Assembly: GCA_963725865.1 (NCBI GenBank) | Contig: CAVSAC010000012.1 | Span: forward strand, 1,344,001-1,408,000 | From: Candidatus Eiseniibacteriota bacterium | GTDB taxonomy: Bacteria; Eisenbacteria; RBG-16-71-46 | Length of the DNA: 64,000 nt | Reading direction: 5' to 3' | Part shown: one piece after another, positions 49,377 to 59,980 of the stretch | How the letters are laid out: every line of letters starts with the position of its first letter | How positions within the stretch are numbered: position 1 is the stretch's first letter | Position numbers and translations under genes: made by a program | The notes under the pieces: generated by a model | Seen by the model: the letters and a program-made list of their open reading frames with translations, nothing else | Database searches by the model: none | Told to the model about the DNA's origin: nothing

Positions 49377-50297
49377 TCAGCCGGTGAAGCGCCCGGCGTG
49401 CCCGGAGCCGGTGCCGTCCGGAAGCAGCGGGGAGCGGCGCAGCCCGATGCGGCGCAGCGCGCGGCCGATCGCCTTGCGGAGCGCGCGGCGCGCATGGCGC
49501 GAGAGGAAGCCGGCCAGGGTCGCATGCAGCGCGAGCTTCTCCGCCGCCGGGATCGCGGCGCGCGCGACCATCTCCGCCGCGTCGAGCGTGACCGCGGTCC
49601 ACGAGCGCAGCCCGAAGTCCCAACTGCGCGACAGGCTCCGCGCCAGGTAGATCTTCGTGCAGAGCCGCTCGGGAACCCGCACGAAGTTGCCGAGCAGGCT
49701 CAGCTGCAGCAGCCACGGCCAGTCCGCCGAGAATTCCCCCGCGCGATGGCGGCGCAGGCCCCCGATGGTGCGCGCCGCGGCGGCGCGGAACACTCCGCGG
49801 TTCGGGATCCACCACGAGCCCTGCTGACACGCCACCCGGCGCGCCCGCCGCAGCCGGTCGTTCACGCCGTCGAGCACGGCGTAGGACTTGGTCTCGTGCG
49901 TGCCGTCCTGGTTCACGAGTTCGATGTCCGAGAACGCCAGCACGGCGTCCGGATCCGCCTGGAGCGCCCGCACGCAGCGCTCGACGTAGGTGGGCGCGGG
50001 CAGGTCGTCCTGGAACGCGAACAGGAACAGGTCCCCGCGCGCCTCGTGCAGCAGCGCGTTCACGTTGCCGACCCAGCCCAGGTTGTGGGGCTGACGGATC
50101 ACGCGGAACCGAGGATCGCCGGCGGCGGTGTGCTGGCAGATCGCGGCGGTGTCGTCGGGCGAGGCATCGTCGGAGACGAGGATCTCGAACTGGGGCCACG
50201 TCTGGGCGGCGAGCGCCGCGAGCGTCTCCGCTATGAATGCGGACGCCCGCCAGGTCGGAACGAGCGCGACCACGCGCGGCGGGGCTTCCAGGCTCAC
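49377..50297 (-). CDS. Glycosyltransferase family 2
   Basis: VSDDASPDDT, NLGWVGN, FAFQDD. GTG start overlaps the upstream stop. Confidence 0.9.
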   Translation of the reverse strand: MSLEAPPRVVALVPTWRASAFIAETLAALAAQTWPQFEILVSDDASPDDTAAICQHTAAGDPRFRVIRQPHNLGWVGNVNALLHEARGDLFLFAFQDDLPAPTYVERCVRALQADPDAVLAFSDIELVNQDGTHETKSYAVLDGVNDRLRRARRVACQQGSWWIPNRGVFRAAAARTIGGLRRHRAGEFSADWPWLLQLSLLGNFVRVPERLCTKIYLARSLSRSWDFGLRSWTAVTLDAAEMVARAAIPAAEKLALHATLAGFLSRHARRALRKAIGRALRRIGLRRSPLLPDGTGSGHAGRFTG

Positions 50298-51550
50298 GAG
50301 CTCGCTCCCGCGGTGTGCCGCGCCGCGATCCGATCGGCGGCCTCGATCGCGAACAGCGGCGCGGTCGTCAGCTTGCCCGGATCGATGGAATGGTAGCCGC
50401 CGTGGGAATCCACGCCGATGTGCGAGCGGTCGTGCAGGGCGCTCGCGGGATCGTCCACGTCGCTGCGCCCGATCGCGACGATCACGCCGGCGTCGACCAG
50501 CCGCGGCGTGCATCGCGCGATACCCGGGAACCACGCGTCGAGCCCCGAGAGGATCGCGGAGACGATCCGGCTCGCCGTGGCGGGATCCGCCGCCCCGCGG
50601 CAGGCGGCATCCCACTCGGCCGGCGGCTCGGCATCGTGGCTCCAGCCCTGCAGCCCGGCCGGATACCAGGAAAGGTAGGCGGTGCCGTCACCCCGCACCA
50701 CCACGTCGCCGTAGCGCCCCAGCACCATGGTGACCGAGGGCGCCCCGCGCAGCGCGGGCGGCAGCTCGGCAATCACCCGATACTTGAGACGATGCAGGAG
50801 GTGGGGTGGCGGCGCGATCCCGAGCTGGCGGTCGAACGCGACGCGCCGCTCCCAGAGCGCGTTCACCACCTGGCGCGCGGCGAAGCGCCACGGACCCTCG
50901 GGGCCGTCGCCCTCGACGACGAAGGCGTCGCCGGCCTGGGTGATGGCGCGCGCCACGTGCGAAGGGGCGAACGTGATGCCGCGCGCGTCTGCCACCGCCC
51001 TCCGCAGGGCGCGGGCGAGCACCGCGGTATCGATCGCGCGCTCGGCGGTGGCGAATCCGGCCGGGACGCGCGTGGGATCGAAGCGCTCGGCGATCTCGCG
51101 GGCCAGCAGCGGGCGCGCGAGCGTGCCGGGGCGCTCTCCGAGGTAGTCGAGCGCCGCGTCGCGTTCGAACTCCGATCGCGCGCGCACCTCGACCGCTGCG
51201 TAGTGCGCGGCCAGCGCCGGGGGCGGGAGGATCGAGTCGTCCGCGACCAGATACTGGAACGGCGTGGAGGGCTCCAGCCATTCGAGCCCAGGTGGGATCC
51301 AGCGCGCGACGATGCGCCGGAAACGCAGCGCGCCGTCGAGCTGCCGGAACGCGGTCGCGAGCGAGCGGTCGTTGGCGTAGATCAGCCCGAGGTGGATCTT
51401 GCCCTCGTTGCGCAGGCTGGCTCGATTCAACGGGACCGCGTCCTGGTCGAGCAGCGTGGCCGGGATCCCGCGACGCGCGAGCTCGAGTGCCACCCCGGTG
51501 CCGGCGAGACCGGCGCCGAGGATCAGGATGTCGGTGGAGCGCGTGAGCAT
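50294..51550 (-). CDS. FAD-dependent oxidoreductase (DAO/L2HGDH-like)
   Basis: DILILGAGLAG, ASLRNEGKIHLGLIY, GKLTTAP. Confidence 0.88.
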   Translation of the reverse strand: MLTRSTDILILGAGLAGTGVALELARRGIPATLLDQDAVPLNRASLRNEGKIHLGLIYANDRSLATAFRQLDGALRFRRIVARWIPPGLEWLEPSTPFQYLVADDSILPPPALAAHYAAVEVRARSEFERDAALDYLGERPGTLARPLLAREIAERFDPTRVPAGFATAERAIDTAVLARALRRAVADARGITFAPSHVARAITQAGDAFVVEGDGPEGPWRFAARQVVNALWERRVAFDRQLGIAPPPHLLHRLKYRVIAELPPALRGAPSVTMVLGRYGDVVVRGDGTAYLSWYPAGLQGWSHDAEPPAEWDAACRGAADPATASRIVSAILSGLDAWFPGIARCTPRLVDAGVIVAIGRSDVDDPASALHDRSHIGVDSHGGYHSIDPGKLTTAPLFAIEAADRIAARHTAGASS

Positions 51551-51825
51551 GCCGGTCGGATCCAGTCCGGGTGAACAGAAGGCGACGAAACGGACGGCGG
51601 GGACGTTCTTTCGGTTTCCGTACGGAGCCAGTGGCGGACCCGGGTTCGCCGCGAGCCGGGTGCGGCGGCGAGCGCGAGCCAGTGTAGCCCACGCGTGCCC
51701 GAGCGCGCGCGACCCATGTGAACGCACGCGGACGGGGCCCCGCCGCTGCCCGGCCGCTCGTGAGCGGCCACGATTCGGCTGCGCCCCGTTGGGTCCGCGG
51801 AGCGACCGGCTGCTACCATCGAGGC

Positions 51826-54270
51826 ATGCGCACTCCCATCCGCAGTCGCCCGCACCCCTTCCCGGGGCTCCTCGCCGCCGTGCTCCTCGCGCTCCTTGCC
51901 TCCTCCGCCTCCGCTCAGGGCGTGCGACTGTTCCGCGACGGCAGCGGCGGGACGTACTGGGACCTCTCGTACGCGTTCCAGTCCGGCGGCAGCACCGTCG
52001 AGATGATCAACGGAAGCAAGGCTCCACTCGAGTACACGAATCGCTGGCGCGGCACCACCGCCATTCGCATGCGCTTCACCCAGCAGAGCGGCGGCGACTG
52101 GCTGCTGGGCGTCGCCAATGCCGGCTGGACGGCGGTGAACGGCGCTCCGCTCGACTCGCTGGTGTTCTGGGCGTACTCGGTCACCGCGCTCGCCGCCAAC
52201 GACCTGCCGGTGGTGTTCATCGAGGACCTGAACAACACGCGCACCCCGCGCTACTCCATGGCTGCGTACAACCCGGCCGGGCTGCCGGCGGGAACGTGGA
52301 CCCGACTCGTGATGCCCCTGGCACCCATCAAGGCAGGCCCCGGCGGCGCGAACATGGCGGTCATCAACAAGACGTTCTTCGCGCAGAGCCCGGCCGGAAC
52401 GATGGGCGTTCAGCGCACGCTGTATCTCGACGAGATCCGCTGGGTGCGCACGGACCTCACCTCGCCGGTGACTCCGGGTGGCGCCCAGGCGCTGGGCTTC
52501 GAGCGCCACATCGACCTGACGTGGGACCTGCCGACACCCGCCGACGTGGAGTCGTACCGGATCGAGCGCTCGACGAACGGCTCCTGGGCGCCCGTGCAGT
52601 GGTCGAGCGCCGAGGACGGCGGCGCGAGCCTGTGGCTCGGCACCCCGGCGGTGGCGTGCACGCTGCGGGTGCTGGCCGAGGACTGGAGCTTCCGCACGTC
52701 CGCGCCGACCGCGGAGTTCGTCACCGGGACCGCAACGCTCGGAGACGACGCCTTCATGGACATGATCGAGCGCGCGACGTTCCGCTACTTCTGGCAGAGC
52801 GCGCATCCCGTTTCGGGCCTGACGCGCGAGCGTTCGTCGTCGGGCGATGTCTGTGCGTCGGGCGGCACCGGATTCGGGCTGATGGCGATTCCGGTCGGAA
52901 TCGAGCGTGGCTACGTGACGCGGATCTCGGGCACCACGCGCACGCTGCTGATCCTCAACTTCCTCGACGGCATGGCCGAGAAGCACTGGGGCGCCTATCC
53001 GCACTGGATCCACGGCGTCACCGGACAGCACGTGGGCTTCCTGGGTCCCGACGACGACACCGTGGACCTGGTCGAGACCTCCTACCTCGCCGAAGGTCTG
53101 CTGACCGTGCGGCGGTACTTCGATGGCCCGGGCCCGGAGGAGACGGAGATTCGCACCCTCGCCACCCAGTTGTGGGAGGCGATCGACTGGACCGCGTTCG
53201 TGCCGGCCGGCCAGAGCGTGCTGCGCTGGCACCGCTCGCCCACCACCGGACTCTCGGCGGCGAACATCGCGGGCTGGAACGAGTGCATGATCACCTACCT
53301 GCTCGCGGTGGCCTCTCCCACGCACCCGGTCCCGGCCGCGCTCTACCACCTGGGCTGGGCGCGCAGCGGCGCGATGGTGCTCAACCAGAGCTACTACGGG
53401 TATCCGCTCTCGGTCGGCTCCGCGTACGGCGGACCGATGTTCTTCGCGCACTACTCCTTCGTCGGCTTCGATCCGCGCTTCAAGCGCGACGCGTACGCGA
53501 ACTACTACACCCACAACCGCAACCACGCGCTCGTGCAGGTGGCGTACGGGGCCGCGAATCCACTCGGACGCACGGGCTACAGCGCGGTGGCCTGGGGGCT
53601 GACCGCGAGCGACGATCCCTACGGCTACAGCGCCCATGCGGCCTACTCGAACGACAACGGCACGCTGACGCCGACCGCCGCGGTCGCATCGATGCCCTAC
53701 GTGCCGCAGCAGTCGCTCGCGGCGGCTCGCCACTTCTACGGCACCTACGGGGCCACGCTGTGGGGGTTCGACGGTTTCAAGGACGCATTCCATCCGGGGC
53801 TGGGCTGGACCGCGAGCGACTACATCGCGATCGACCAGGGCCCGATCCTCCTCATGATCGAGAACTACCGCAGCGGCCTGCTGTGGTCGCGCTTCATGGC
53901 CAACCCCGAGATCGCGCCGATGCTCGCCGCGTTGGGGTTCGTGGCCGACTCCAGCGCCACGACCGATGCGCCGGACGTCGCGGCGACGCGACCGCGCGCG
54001 CTGCGGCTGGCCGCGTCGCCGAATCCCTCTGCCGGCGCGACCGCATTCGCGCTCGAGTTGCCCGCGGCCGCCGAGGTCCAGGTCGAGGTGTTCGACCTGT
54101 CCGGCCGACGGGTGACGGAGCTGCGGCGCGGGCCGCTGCCGGCGGGTCGGCACGCGCTGGCGTGGAACGGCCGCGCGGAGGGCGGTGGCGTCCTGGCTCC
54201 CGGGGTCTACCTCGCGCGCGTCCATGCGGGCGATGCGACCGCGACGACGCGCATCGTGCGCGTGCGGTGA
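51826..54270 (+). CDS. Secreted GH144-type (glycoamylase-fold) beta-1,2-glucanase with CBM-like/FN3 N-terminus and FlgD-Ig/T9SS-type CTD
   Basis: FRYFW...SGLTRER, ASGGTGFG, DLVETSYL, GWNECMITY, WGLTASDDP.GYSAH, IDQGPI...ENYRSGLLW. Confidence 0.85.
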   Translation: MRTPIRSRPHPFPGLLAAVLLALLASSASAQGVRLFRDGSGGTYWDLSYAFQSGGSTVEMINGSKAPLEYTNRWRGTTAIRMRFTQQSGGDWLLGVANAGWTAVNGAPLDSLVFWAYSVTALAANDLPVVFIEDLNNTRTPRYSMAAYNPAGLPAGTWTRLVMPLAPIKAGPGGANMAVINKTFFAQSPAGTMGVQRTLYLDEIRWVRTDLTSPVTPGGAQALGFERHIDLTWDLPTPADVESYRIERSTNGSWAPVQWSSAEDGGASLWLGTPAVACTLRVLAEDWSFRTSAPTAEFVTGTATLGDDAFMDMIERATFRYFWQSAHPVSGLTRERSSSGDVCASGGTGFGLMAIPVGIERGYVTRISGTTRTLLILNFLDGMAEKHWGAYPHWIHGVTGQHVGFLGPDDDTVDLVETSYLAEGLLTVRRYFDGPGPEETEIRTLATQLWEAIDWTAFVPAGQSVLRWHRSPTTGLSAANIAGWNECMITYLLAVASPTHPVPAALYHLGWARSGAMVLNQSYYGYPLSVGSAYGGPMFFAHYSFVGFDPRFKRDAYANYYTHNRNHALVQVAYGAANPLGRTGYSAVAWGLTASDDPYGYSAHAAYSNDNGTLTPTAAVASMPYVPQQSLAAARHFYGTYGATLWGFDGFKDAFHPGLGWTASDYIAIDQGPILLMIENYRSGLLWSRFMANPEIAPMLAALGFVADSSATTDAPDVAATRPRALRLAASPNPSAGATAFALELPAAAEVQVEVFDLSGRRVTELRRGPLPAGRHALAWNGRAEGGGVLAPGVYLARVHAGDATATTRIVRVR

Positions 54271-54279
54271 GAACGGCGA

Positions 54280-54309
54280 CGGCCCGCGGACTTCGAGGTC
54301 CGCGGGCCG
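54280..54309. terminator. Hairpin between convergent genes; probable bidirectional terminator
   Basis: CGGCCCGCGGAC-TTCGAG-GTCCGCGGGCCG, a 12-bp perfect stem. Confidence 0.7.
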
Positions 54310-54330
54310 CCGTGCGTTCCCGACGTGCGG

Positions 54331-57300
54331 TCAGCGCATCAGCAGCATCTTGCGCTGCTCGACGGCACGCCCGACCTCGAGCCGGTAGAAGTACACGCCG
54401 CTCGCGAAGCGGTGGGTGCTGAGGTCGACGCGGTAGCGGCCGGCCTCCTGACGCTGGTTCACCAGCGTCTGCACCTCGCGGCCCTGCAGGTCGTACAACT
54501 TGAGCACCACCTGTCCCGCCGTCGGGATGGCGTACTGGATATGCGTGAGGCCACGGGACGGGTTCGGGAAGTTCTGGGCGAGCGCGACGGCACGCGGGAC
54601 CGCGCCGGCGATCCGGTCGACCCCGAGGACCACCGAGTCGGTCCCTCCGAACTGGTAGTAGCGCGCAGCGAACTCCTGCAGGAACTGATTGGTGATGTCC
54701 GCGTCGTGGATGACCAGCGTGTTCTCGTTGTTCGAGTTCTCGGCCGCCGCGGACCAGTTGTGGGAGCCGGTGAGGGTGGTGGCGTCCCAGCTCGGGCTCT
54801 CGGCGTCCGCCAGGCAGTACTTGTGGTGGAGCAGGCCGGACGCGCCGGTCTTCAGCCGCACGTCCACGCCGGCGCCGACCAGGTTGTTGTACTCCGAGCC
54901 GGTGTCGGTGCCGTTGTCGAGGTCGCCGCGCACCGCGAGGCCGGCCGCGTGCCGTGCGATCAGCGCCCCCGAGATGTCGGAACGCGTCAGCGTCAGCATC
55001 TCGAACGCGACCGAGTGCTGGGCGCCGTTGATGAGCGAGAGGATGTGCGACGTGACGTTATCCGACGGGCTGAAGTAGAGCTGCACGTCGCGGCCGCCGA
55101 TCGCGAAGCGATGCGGCGTGTCGTCCAGCTTGCGCGCGCCGAACCGTGAGGCCGCGGCGTTCGCGACGTCGGTGCCGCTGCCCCACATCTCGTCGAACTC
55201 CATCGTGTAGGCCACCGCGAGCGACTGGTCCTGGATCTCGACCGAGTTCTGGAAGTCGTTGTCGGTGCCCGGATCGGTCGGATTCCACGAGCCGGTCCAC
55301 ACCCACACGCTCTCCGGGGCGCCGCCGCGCCCGTCGATCACGAAGAACTTGTTGTGCATGAGCCCGGCGCCGTTGTTGATCGGATCGAGGCGGTCGGTCA
55401 CGAGCGGGATGCCGTTCGCGACGAGCGAGTTGAACGCCGCGGTGCTGCGATTGTCGTCCTCGCAGATGACGCGCACCCTGACGCCGCGGTTCTTCGCGGC
55501 GATGAGGGCGTTCGCGAGCGTGGTGCCGGGGGTGCCGCTCAGGCTGTAGATGGCGGCGTCGATCGAGCGCTGGGCGTTGGTGAAGTGCGGCACCAGCAGA
55601 GCCGGGAGGTTCTGATTGCCGTTCGCGGGGTGCTGCCACGCGAGCGCGGTGTTCACGCTCTTGTTGAAGTAGGCGTTCATCGTGCCGGTGGACGCCACAG
55701 GCGACGCCGTGATGAACAGCGCGGTCGGCGAGAAGTTGGTGCCGTTCACGTCGCCCGAGCCGACGCTGTAGTGGTAGACCGTGGCGGGCGTGAGTCCGGT
55801 CACCGTCACGGTGTGGGTCGTCACCGCGGTCGCATCCACGATGCTGTCGCCGAGCGCCGCGCTGGTGCCGTACCGCACGATGCTCGAGGAGGCGACGTCG
55901 GTGGTCCAGTGCAGCTGGACCGAGGTCGGCTGCAGGTGGTCCTCGAACGGCGCGGTGAGCAGGATCGGGCCGGCGTGCGGGATGATGTCGTCGGGTGTCC
56001 GCGGCGAGATCTCGTAGTCGGCGGTGTACGGCGGCCCCGGCGCCGGCGTGCCGGGCTTGAACTGCTTGAGGATCCCGATCACGTCGAACACGCTCGGCAC
56101 CGCGGGGAAGCTGGTCGGGATGAAGATGTTGGTGGTTCCCGAGGCGTCCGAGATGGTCGAGGTCGTCGGATTGTAGGTCACGCCGTCGATGCGGATCAGA
56201 CGGCCCTCGTTGGGCTCGGCGAAGTCGGGATGGAACGTGGCGTTGACCTCCGCGCACGTGACCGTCAGCGGCTCCGGCACCGGCCGGCCGGTGGCGTGCC
56301 GCACCAGCAGCGCGAACTCGGGCTGGATCTCGATCAGACCGCGGAACTGGACGATCGAACCCGTGACGGTGATGCTGTCGCCCGGCGCCATCGTGAACGG
56401 CGGCAGCGACGCGCTGAACAGGTCGACACCCCCCGTGAGGTCCTGCACGTACACGTCCGTGCGCGTGTCGTTCAGATTCGCGGTGACGATGCCGGAGACG
56501 GTCGCTTCGCTGCCGACCGCGTAGGGCGCGGTGGCCACGCCGGAAGCATCGTTGACGTGCAGCGTGACGATCGGCACCAACGCGAGCACGCGCACGCTCG
56601 GCTGTAGCACGATCGGGGTCAGGGTCCCGGCCGCGACCGCGGTGCGCGTCGTGAACTGGGTCGCGCTCTTGGTGGCGGGCGAGGTGAGCCCGGTGAGGAT
56701 GACCGAGCCCTGATCGGTCGGGCTCAGGGTGGCGCCCGTGACGAACAACGTGTCCCCCACGACCGATGGGGTCGCGGCCGCGAACGCGGAGCCCGTCAGC
56801 ACCACGGAGTCGGTCGAGTGCGACCACGTCCACGACGGTGGGACCAGGATCGCGAGGCTCGCGAGGGTGGCGCTCGAATCCTGGTGGAACGCGAACGCGA
56901 GCGAGTCGAGGCCGCGATCGGCGAACACGATGGTCGGCGCCACGCTCACGCTGCCGGTGCCGTTGCCGCCCGAGGCGAACGACGGCTCGGGGGGATTGCC
57001 GCTGTTCTGCGGGTTACGGCCGTGGGTCTGGGCGACGAAGTCGTTGCCGTTGACGTCGGAGTCCTGGCCGTTGCCGAGCAACGCGTGCGCGCCGCCGGCA
57101 CCCAGCGAGTCGGCGGTCGAGGTGGCGAGCGCCTTGCGCTCCACGCTGTTGCCGTTCGCGGTGGTGCCGTGGTTCGGCGCCGCGATTCCACCCTCAGGGT
57201 CGATCGCAGTCCCCCAGCCCACCTTGTCCACCTCGACCAGGGCGGCATCGAGGAGGTGCTCGTGGCCGCTGTCGGCCATGCCCGTGCCGGAGGTCCACAG

Positions 57301-57642
57301 CCCGGAGCTGTAGTCGGGCGTGGCTCCCCCCACGTAGGACTGGTTCGCGATCAGATAGAACCCGTGCGCCGGGATGGTCGCGTTCGCGGGCAGGATCGCG
57401 CGGTCGCTCCAGGTCGTCCCGCTGGCGGACTTGTACTGGATGCGCCAGCCGGACAGGCTGATCACGTTGCCGGTCGGGTTGTACAGCTCGACGAACTCGT
57501 CGGTCGCCGCGGCGGGACCGCGGGTGGCGAACTCGGAGATGACGACGTGGTTGGCGGCGGCGCGCGCCGTCGGAGCGGCTGTCGTCAGGGCGACCGCCGG
57601 GAATGCGACGAGGGCGGTGAGAATCCAGGTCGAGAGGCGCAT
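54331..57642 (-). CDS. Secreted lamin-tail domain, OB-fold, FN3-like and two PLD (HKD) domain protein with T9SS-type CTD
   Basis: VVISEF...DEFVELYNP, MHNKFFVID...TGSWN, LHHKYCLAD...TGSHN. CTD QNFPNP...SGVYFYRL...KMLLMR. Confidence 0.88.
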   Translation of the reverse strand: MRLSTWILTALVAFPAVALTTAAPTARAAANHVVISEFATRGPAAATDEFVELYNPTGNVISLSGWRIQYKSASGTTWSDRAILPANATIPAHGFYLIANQSYVGGATPDYSSGLWTSGTGMADSGHEHLLDAALVEVDKVGWGTAIDPEGGIAAPNHGTTANGNSVERKALATSTADSLGAGGAHALLGNGQDSDVNGNDFVAQTHGRNPQNSGNPPEPSFASGGNGTGSVSVAPTIVFADRGLDSLAFAFHQDSSATLASLAILVPPSWTWSHSTDSVVLTGSAFAAATPSVVGDTLFVTGATLSPTDQGSVILTGLTSPATKSATQFTTRTAVAAGTLTPIVLQPSVRVLALVPIVTLHVNDASGVATAPYAVGSEATVSGIVTANLNDTRTDVYVQDLTGGVDLFSASLPPFTMAPGDSITVTGSIVQFRGLIEIQPEFALLVRHATGRPVPEPLTVTCAEVNATFHPDFAEPNEGRLIRIDGVTYNPTTSTISDASGTTNIFIPTSFPAVPSVFDVIGILKQFKPGTPAPGPPYTADYEISPRTPDDIIPHAGPILLTAPFEDHLQPTSVQLHWTTDVASSSIVRYGTSAALGDSIVDATAVTTHTVTVTGLTPATVYHYSVGSGDVNGTNFSPTALFITASPVASTGTMNAYFNKSVNTALAWQHPANGNQNLPALLVPHFTNAQRSIDAAIYSLSGTPGTTLANALIAAKNRGVRVRVICEDDNRSTAAFNSLVANGIPLVTDRLDPINNGAGLMHNKFFVIDGRGGAPESVWVWTGSWNPTDPGTDNDFQNSVEIQDQSLAVAYTMEFDEMWGSGTDVANAAASRFGARKLDDTPHRFAIGGRDVQLYFSPSDNVTSHILSLINGAQHSVAFEMLTLTRSDISGALIARHAAGLAVRGDLDNGTDTGSEYNNLVGAGVDVRLKTGASGLLHHKYCLADAESPSWDATTLTGSHNWSAAAENSNNENTLVIHDADITNQFLQEFAARYYQFGGTDSVVLGVDRIAGAVPRAVALAQNFPNPSRGLTHIQYAIPTAGQVVLKLYDLQGREVQTLVNQRQEAGRYRVDLSTHRFASGVYFYRLEVGRAVEQRKMLLMR

Positions 57643-57800
57643 GGAGGCTCCGTTCGATGGTGGTGGACGACTCGACGCTCAAGGCATCGAGCGTAGCACG
57701 CTGAAATGGAGGCGACCACCCGATGGCGCCCGCGGGCGCGCATCATCGGCGCATGTCAGGTGTCCCTGGACAGGCGCGCGCGCGCCGTGGAGACTGCCGC

Positions 57801-58901
57801 ATGATGACCACCAACCGCTATCGCGCCCTTCCGCACTCCGGGGTATTCCTGCTCGCGGCACTACTCGGGCTCGCACTGGTGCTCGCGGGCTGCTCGAAGA
57901 AGGTCGGCGGGCCGAAGGTCACCCCGCCCCCGCCGCGCACGTACCTCATGGGCTTCTCCGGCATCCCGCCGCGCGCCGACTTCGCGCAGCAGGTGGCGGC
58001 CATCGACATGTGGGGTCTGCGCGCGGACGGGGCGATCATGAGCGACGAGGTCCCGTGGGATTCGCTGCTCGCCGGCGTGCGTCCCGACTCGTTCGTGATG
58101 CGCAATCAGCTCGGGCTCGCGCAGTACTACCGCGGCAAGGGTCACCGGCTCGTGGTCATGATCGATCCCGCGAACGGGCTCAATCGCGCCGGCGAGTCCA
58201 CTCCGCTCGTGAACGCGGGTCGCAGCATCGCGGAGCCGGCGATCCAGCAGCTGTACCGACGCTACGCGGTGGCGCTGGACACGCTCCTGCGTCCCGACGA
58301 GCTGGGGCTGGCGCTCGAGACCAATCTGATCCGGCTCGCCGCGCCCGCGCCGCTGTACGCCGCGGTGCGCCAGCTGGCCAACGACGCCGCGGCCGACGTG
58401 CGCGCCCACGATGCGAGCGTGCGTCTGATGGTGAGCGTGCAGGTGGATGCCGCCTGGGGGCGCTTCGCACCGCCGGGCGCCTACGTGGGCGTCGAGTCGG
58501 ACTTCAACGACTTCCCGTTCATCCAGGTACTCGGACTCTCGTCGTACCCGTACCTGGCGGGCTACGCGGACCCCGAGAGCCTGCCGGCGGACTACTACAG
58601 CGCGCTGCTGGCCGGGCGCTCCATGCCCGTGATGGTCACCGAGGGCGGCTGGTCGTCGACGACGGTCTCGCCGGTCGTCACCTCGGCTGCGATGCAGCGT
58701 CGCTTCGTCATCCGCCAGGCTCAGCTACTCGATGCGATCCATGCGATCGGATGGTTCCAGCTCACCTTCACCGATCTCGATCTGACCGTGTTCCCGCCGG
58801 GCGTCGCGCCGTTCGCCTACCTCGGACTGGTCGACACCGATCTCAATCCGAAGCTGGCGCTCGCGTCGTGGGACTCGGTGTTCGCTCGCCCGCGCCGCTG
58901 A
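57801..58901 (+). CDS. Lipoprotein, putative TIM-barrel glycoside hydrolase
   Basis: Lipobox LAGC. Motifs LETN, GLSSYPY and PVMVTEGGW resemble clan GH-A. Confidence 0.65.
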   Translation: MMTTNRYRALPHSGVFLLAALLGLALVLAGCSKKVGGPKVTPPPPRTYLMGFSGIPPRADFAQQVAAIDMWGLRADGAIMSDEVPWDSLLAGVRPDSFVMRNQLGLAQYYRGKGHRLVVMIDPANGLNRAGESTPLVNAGRSIAEPAIQQLYRRYAVALDTLLRPDELGLALETNLIRLAAPAPLYAAVRQLANDAAADVRAHDASVRLMVSVQVDAAWGRFAPPGAYVGVESDFNDFPFIQVLGLSSYPYLAGYADPESLPADYYSALLAGRSMPVMVTEGGWSSTTVSPVVTSAAMQRRFVIRQAQLLDAIHAIGWFQLTFTDLDLTVFPPGVAPFAYLGLVDTDLNPKLALASWDSVFARPRR

Positions 58902-59036
58902 AGGCCGGAGGCCGCGAGGAACCACGGGGGCCGGGCCGCGCCCCCGTGGAGCTGACGTCGCCGCTCGAACCCCGCCCCTCGCCTGCCACCGGCCGACGCC
59001 GACCCCGCGCCACGGGACGCGCGGACCTCGAAGCGG

Positions 59037-59594
59037 TCAGTTCGCGGTCATGGAATCTGGGGCGGCAGGCGTCGCTTCCGCCACGGTCTTGAGGCTGGCG
59101 AGCCCCTTCTCGAAGTCCCCACCCACCTGCTTGTCCATGTTCATGAAGAGGCTGAACGCCTTCGCCATGAAGTCGTTCTTCCCGTCCATGGACCACGTGA
59201 CCCGGGTGCCCCCCTCCGCCGGAACGAACGTGAACGAGCAGGTGTTCACCGCCTGGAAGGGCTTGACGAACTCCAGCCGGATTCCGACCTTCGAACTCGG
59301 CTCGGCTTCGGTGACGGTCATCCGTCCCTCGCCCACCTTGTCATTGCCGGCCCAGTGGTAGCCGGCTCCGACGCCCGACTCGGCCCCCTCGAAGGACCTG
59401 GTCATGTTCGGGTCGAGCTTCTCCCACGGTGACCATTCGGCCCAGTTGTGCAGGTTCGAGACCTTGGCGAAGAGGACCTCCGCAGGGGCCGCCACGGTCG
59501 CCGAGCGCTCGATGTGGAAGGAGGGTGGGCGGGTGGCGATGAAGCCGATGACGCCGAGCACGATCAAGAGCAGGACGACGAGGACTCTCCGCAT
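59037..59594 (-). CDS. Membrane-anchored SRPBCC (polyketide cyclase/dehydrase) family protein
   Basis: N-terminal TM, IERS, WSPW, VGEG.M, TRVTWSM, DFEKGLASLK. RBS GGAGG. Confidence 0.9.
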   Translation of the reverse strand: MRRVLVVLLLIVLGVIGFIATRPPSFHIERSATVAAPAEVLFAKVSNLHNWAEWSPWEKLDPNMTRSFEGAESGVGAGYHWAGNDKVGEGRMTVTEAEPSSKVGIRLEFVKPFQAVNTCSFTFVPAEGGTRVTWSMDGKNDFMAKAFSLFMNMDKQVGGDFEKGLASLKTVAEATPAAPDSMTAN

Positions 59595-59980
59595 TGGGGC
59601 CTCCAGGACGGGTGGCGCAGCGCTCCGAGTGACACTGGTCAGCGGGATCGGCTCCGACCCCGCAGAACGGCCGAGACTATAGTCAGCGAGCCAGAGGACG
59701 TCATCACCCAGATCACGAGACTGGGGAATCCCACCCAGGAACGCGTGGCGCCGCATCGTGAGACGAGCGCGCGCGCCGCCCGAGCCGCTGCTCCCGCGTC
59801 CTCCTCGCTTGCTTCGCACGCCGGCGATTCGATAAAGTCATTACCAGCGGAGTTGAGCGGAAGTCCTCATATCGGCCTCTCCATGGATTGGACGGCCGCG
59901 GCCTAACACCACGCCAGCCACGTCTTGCGGAGATTCCTTCAAGGAACACTCCAGACGGGGCTCGAGGATTCCTCCCTTCC

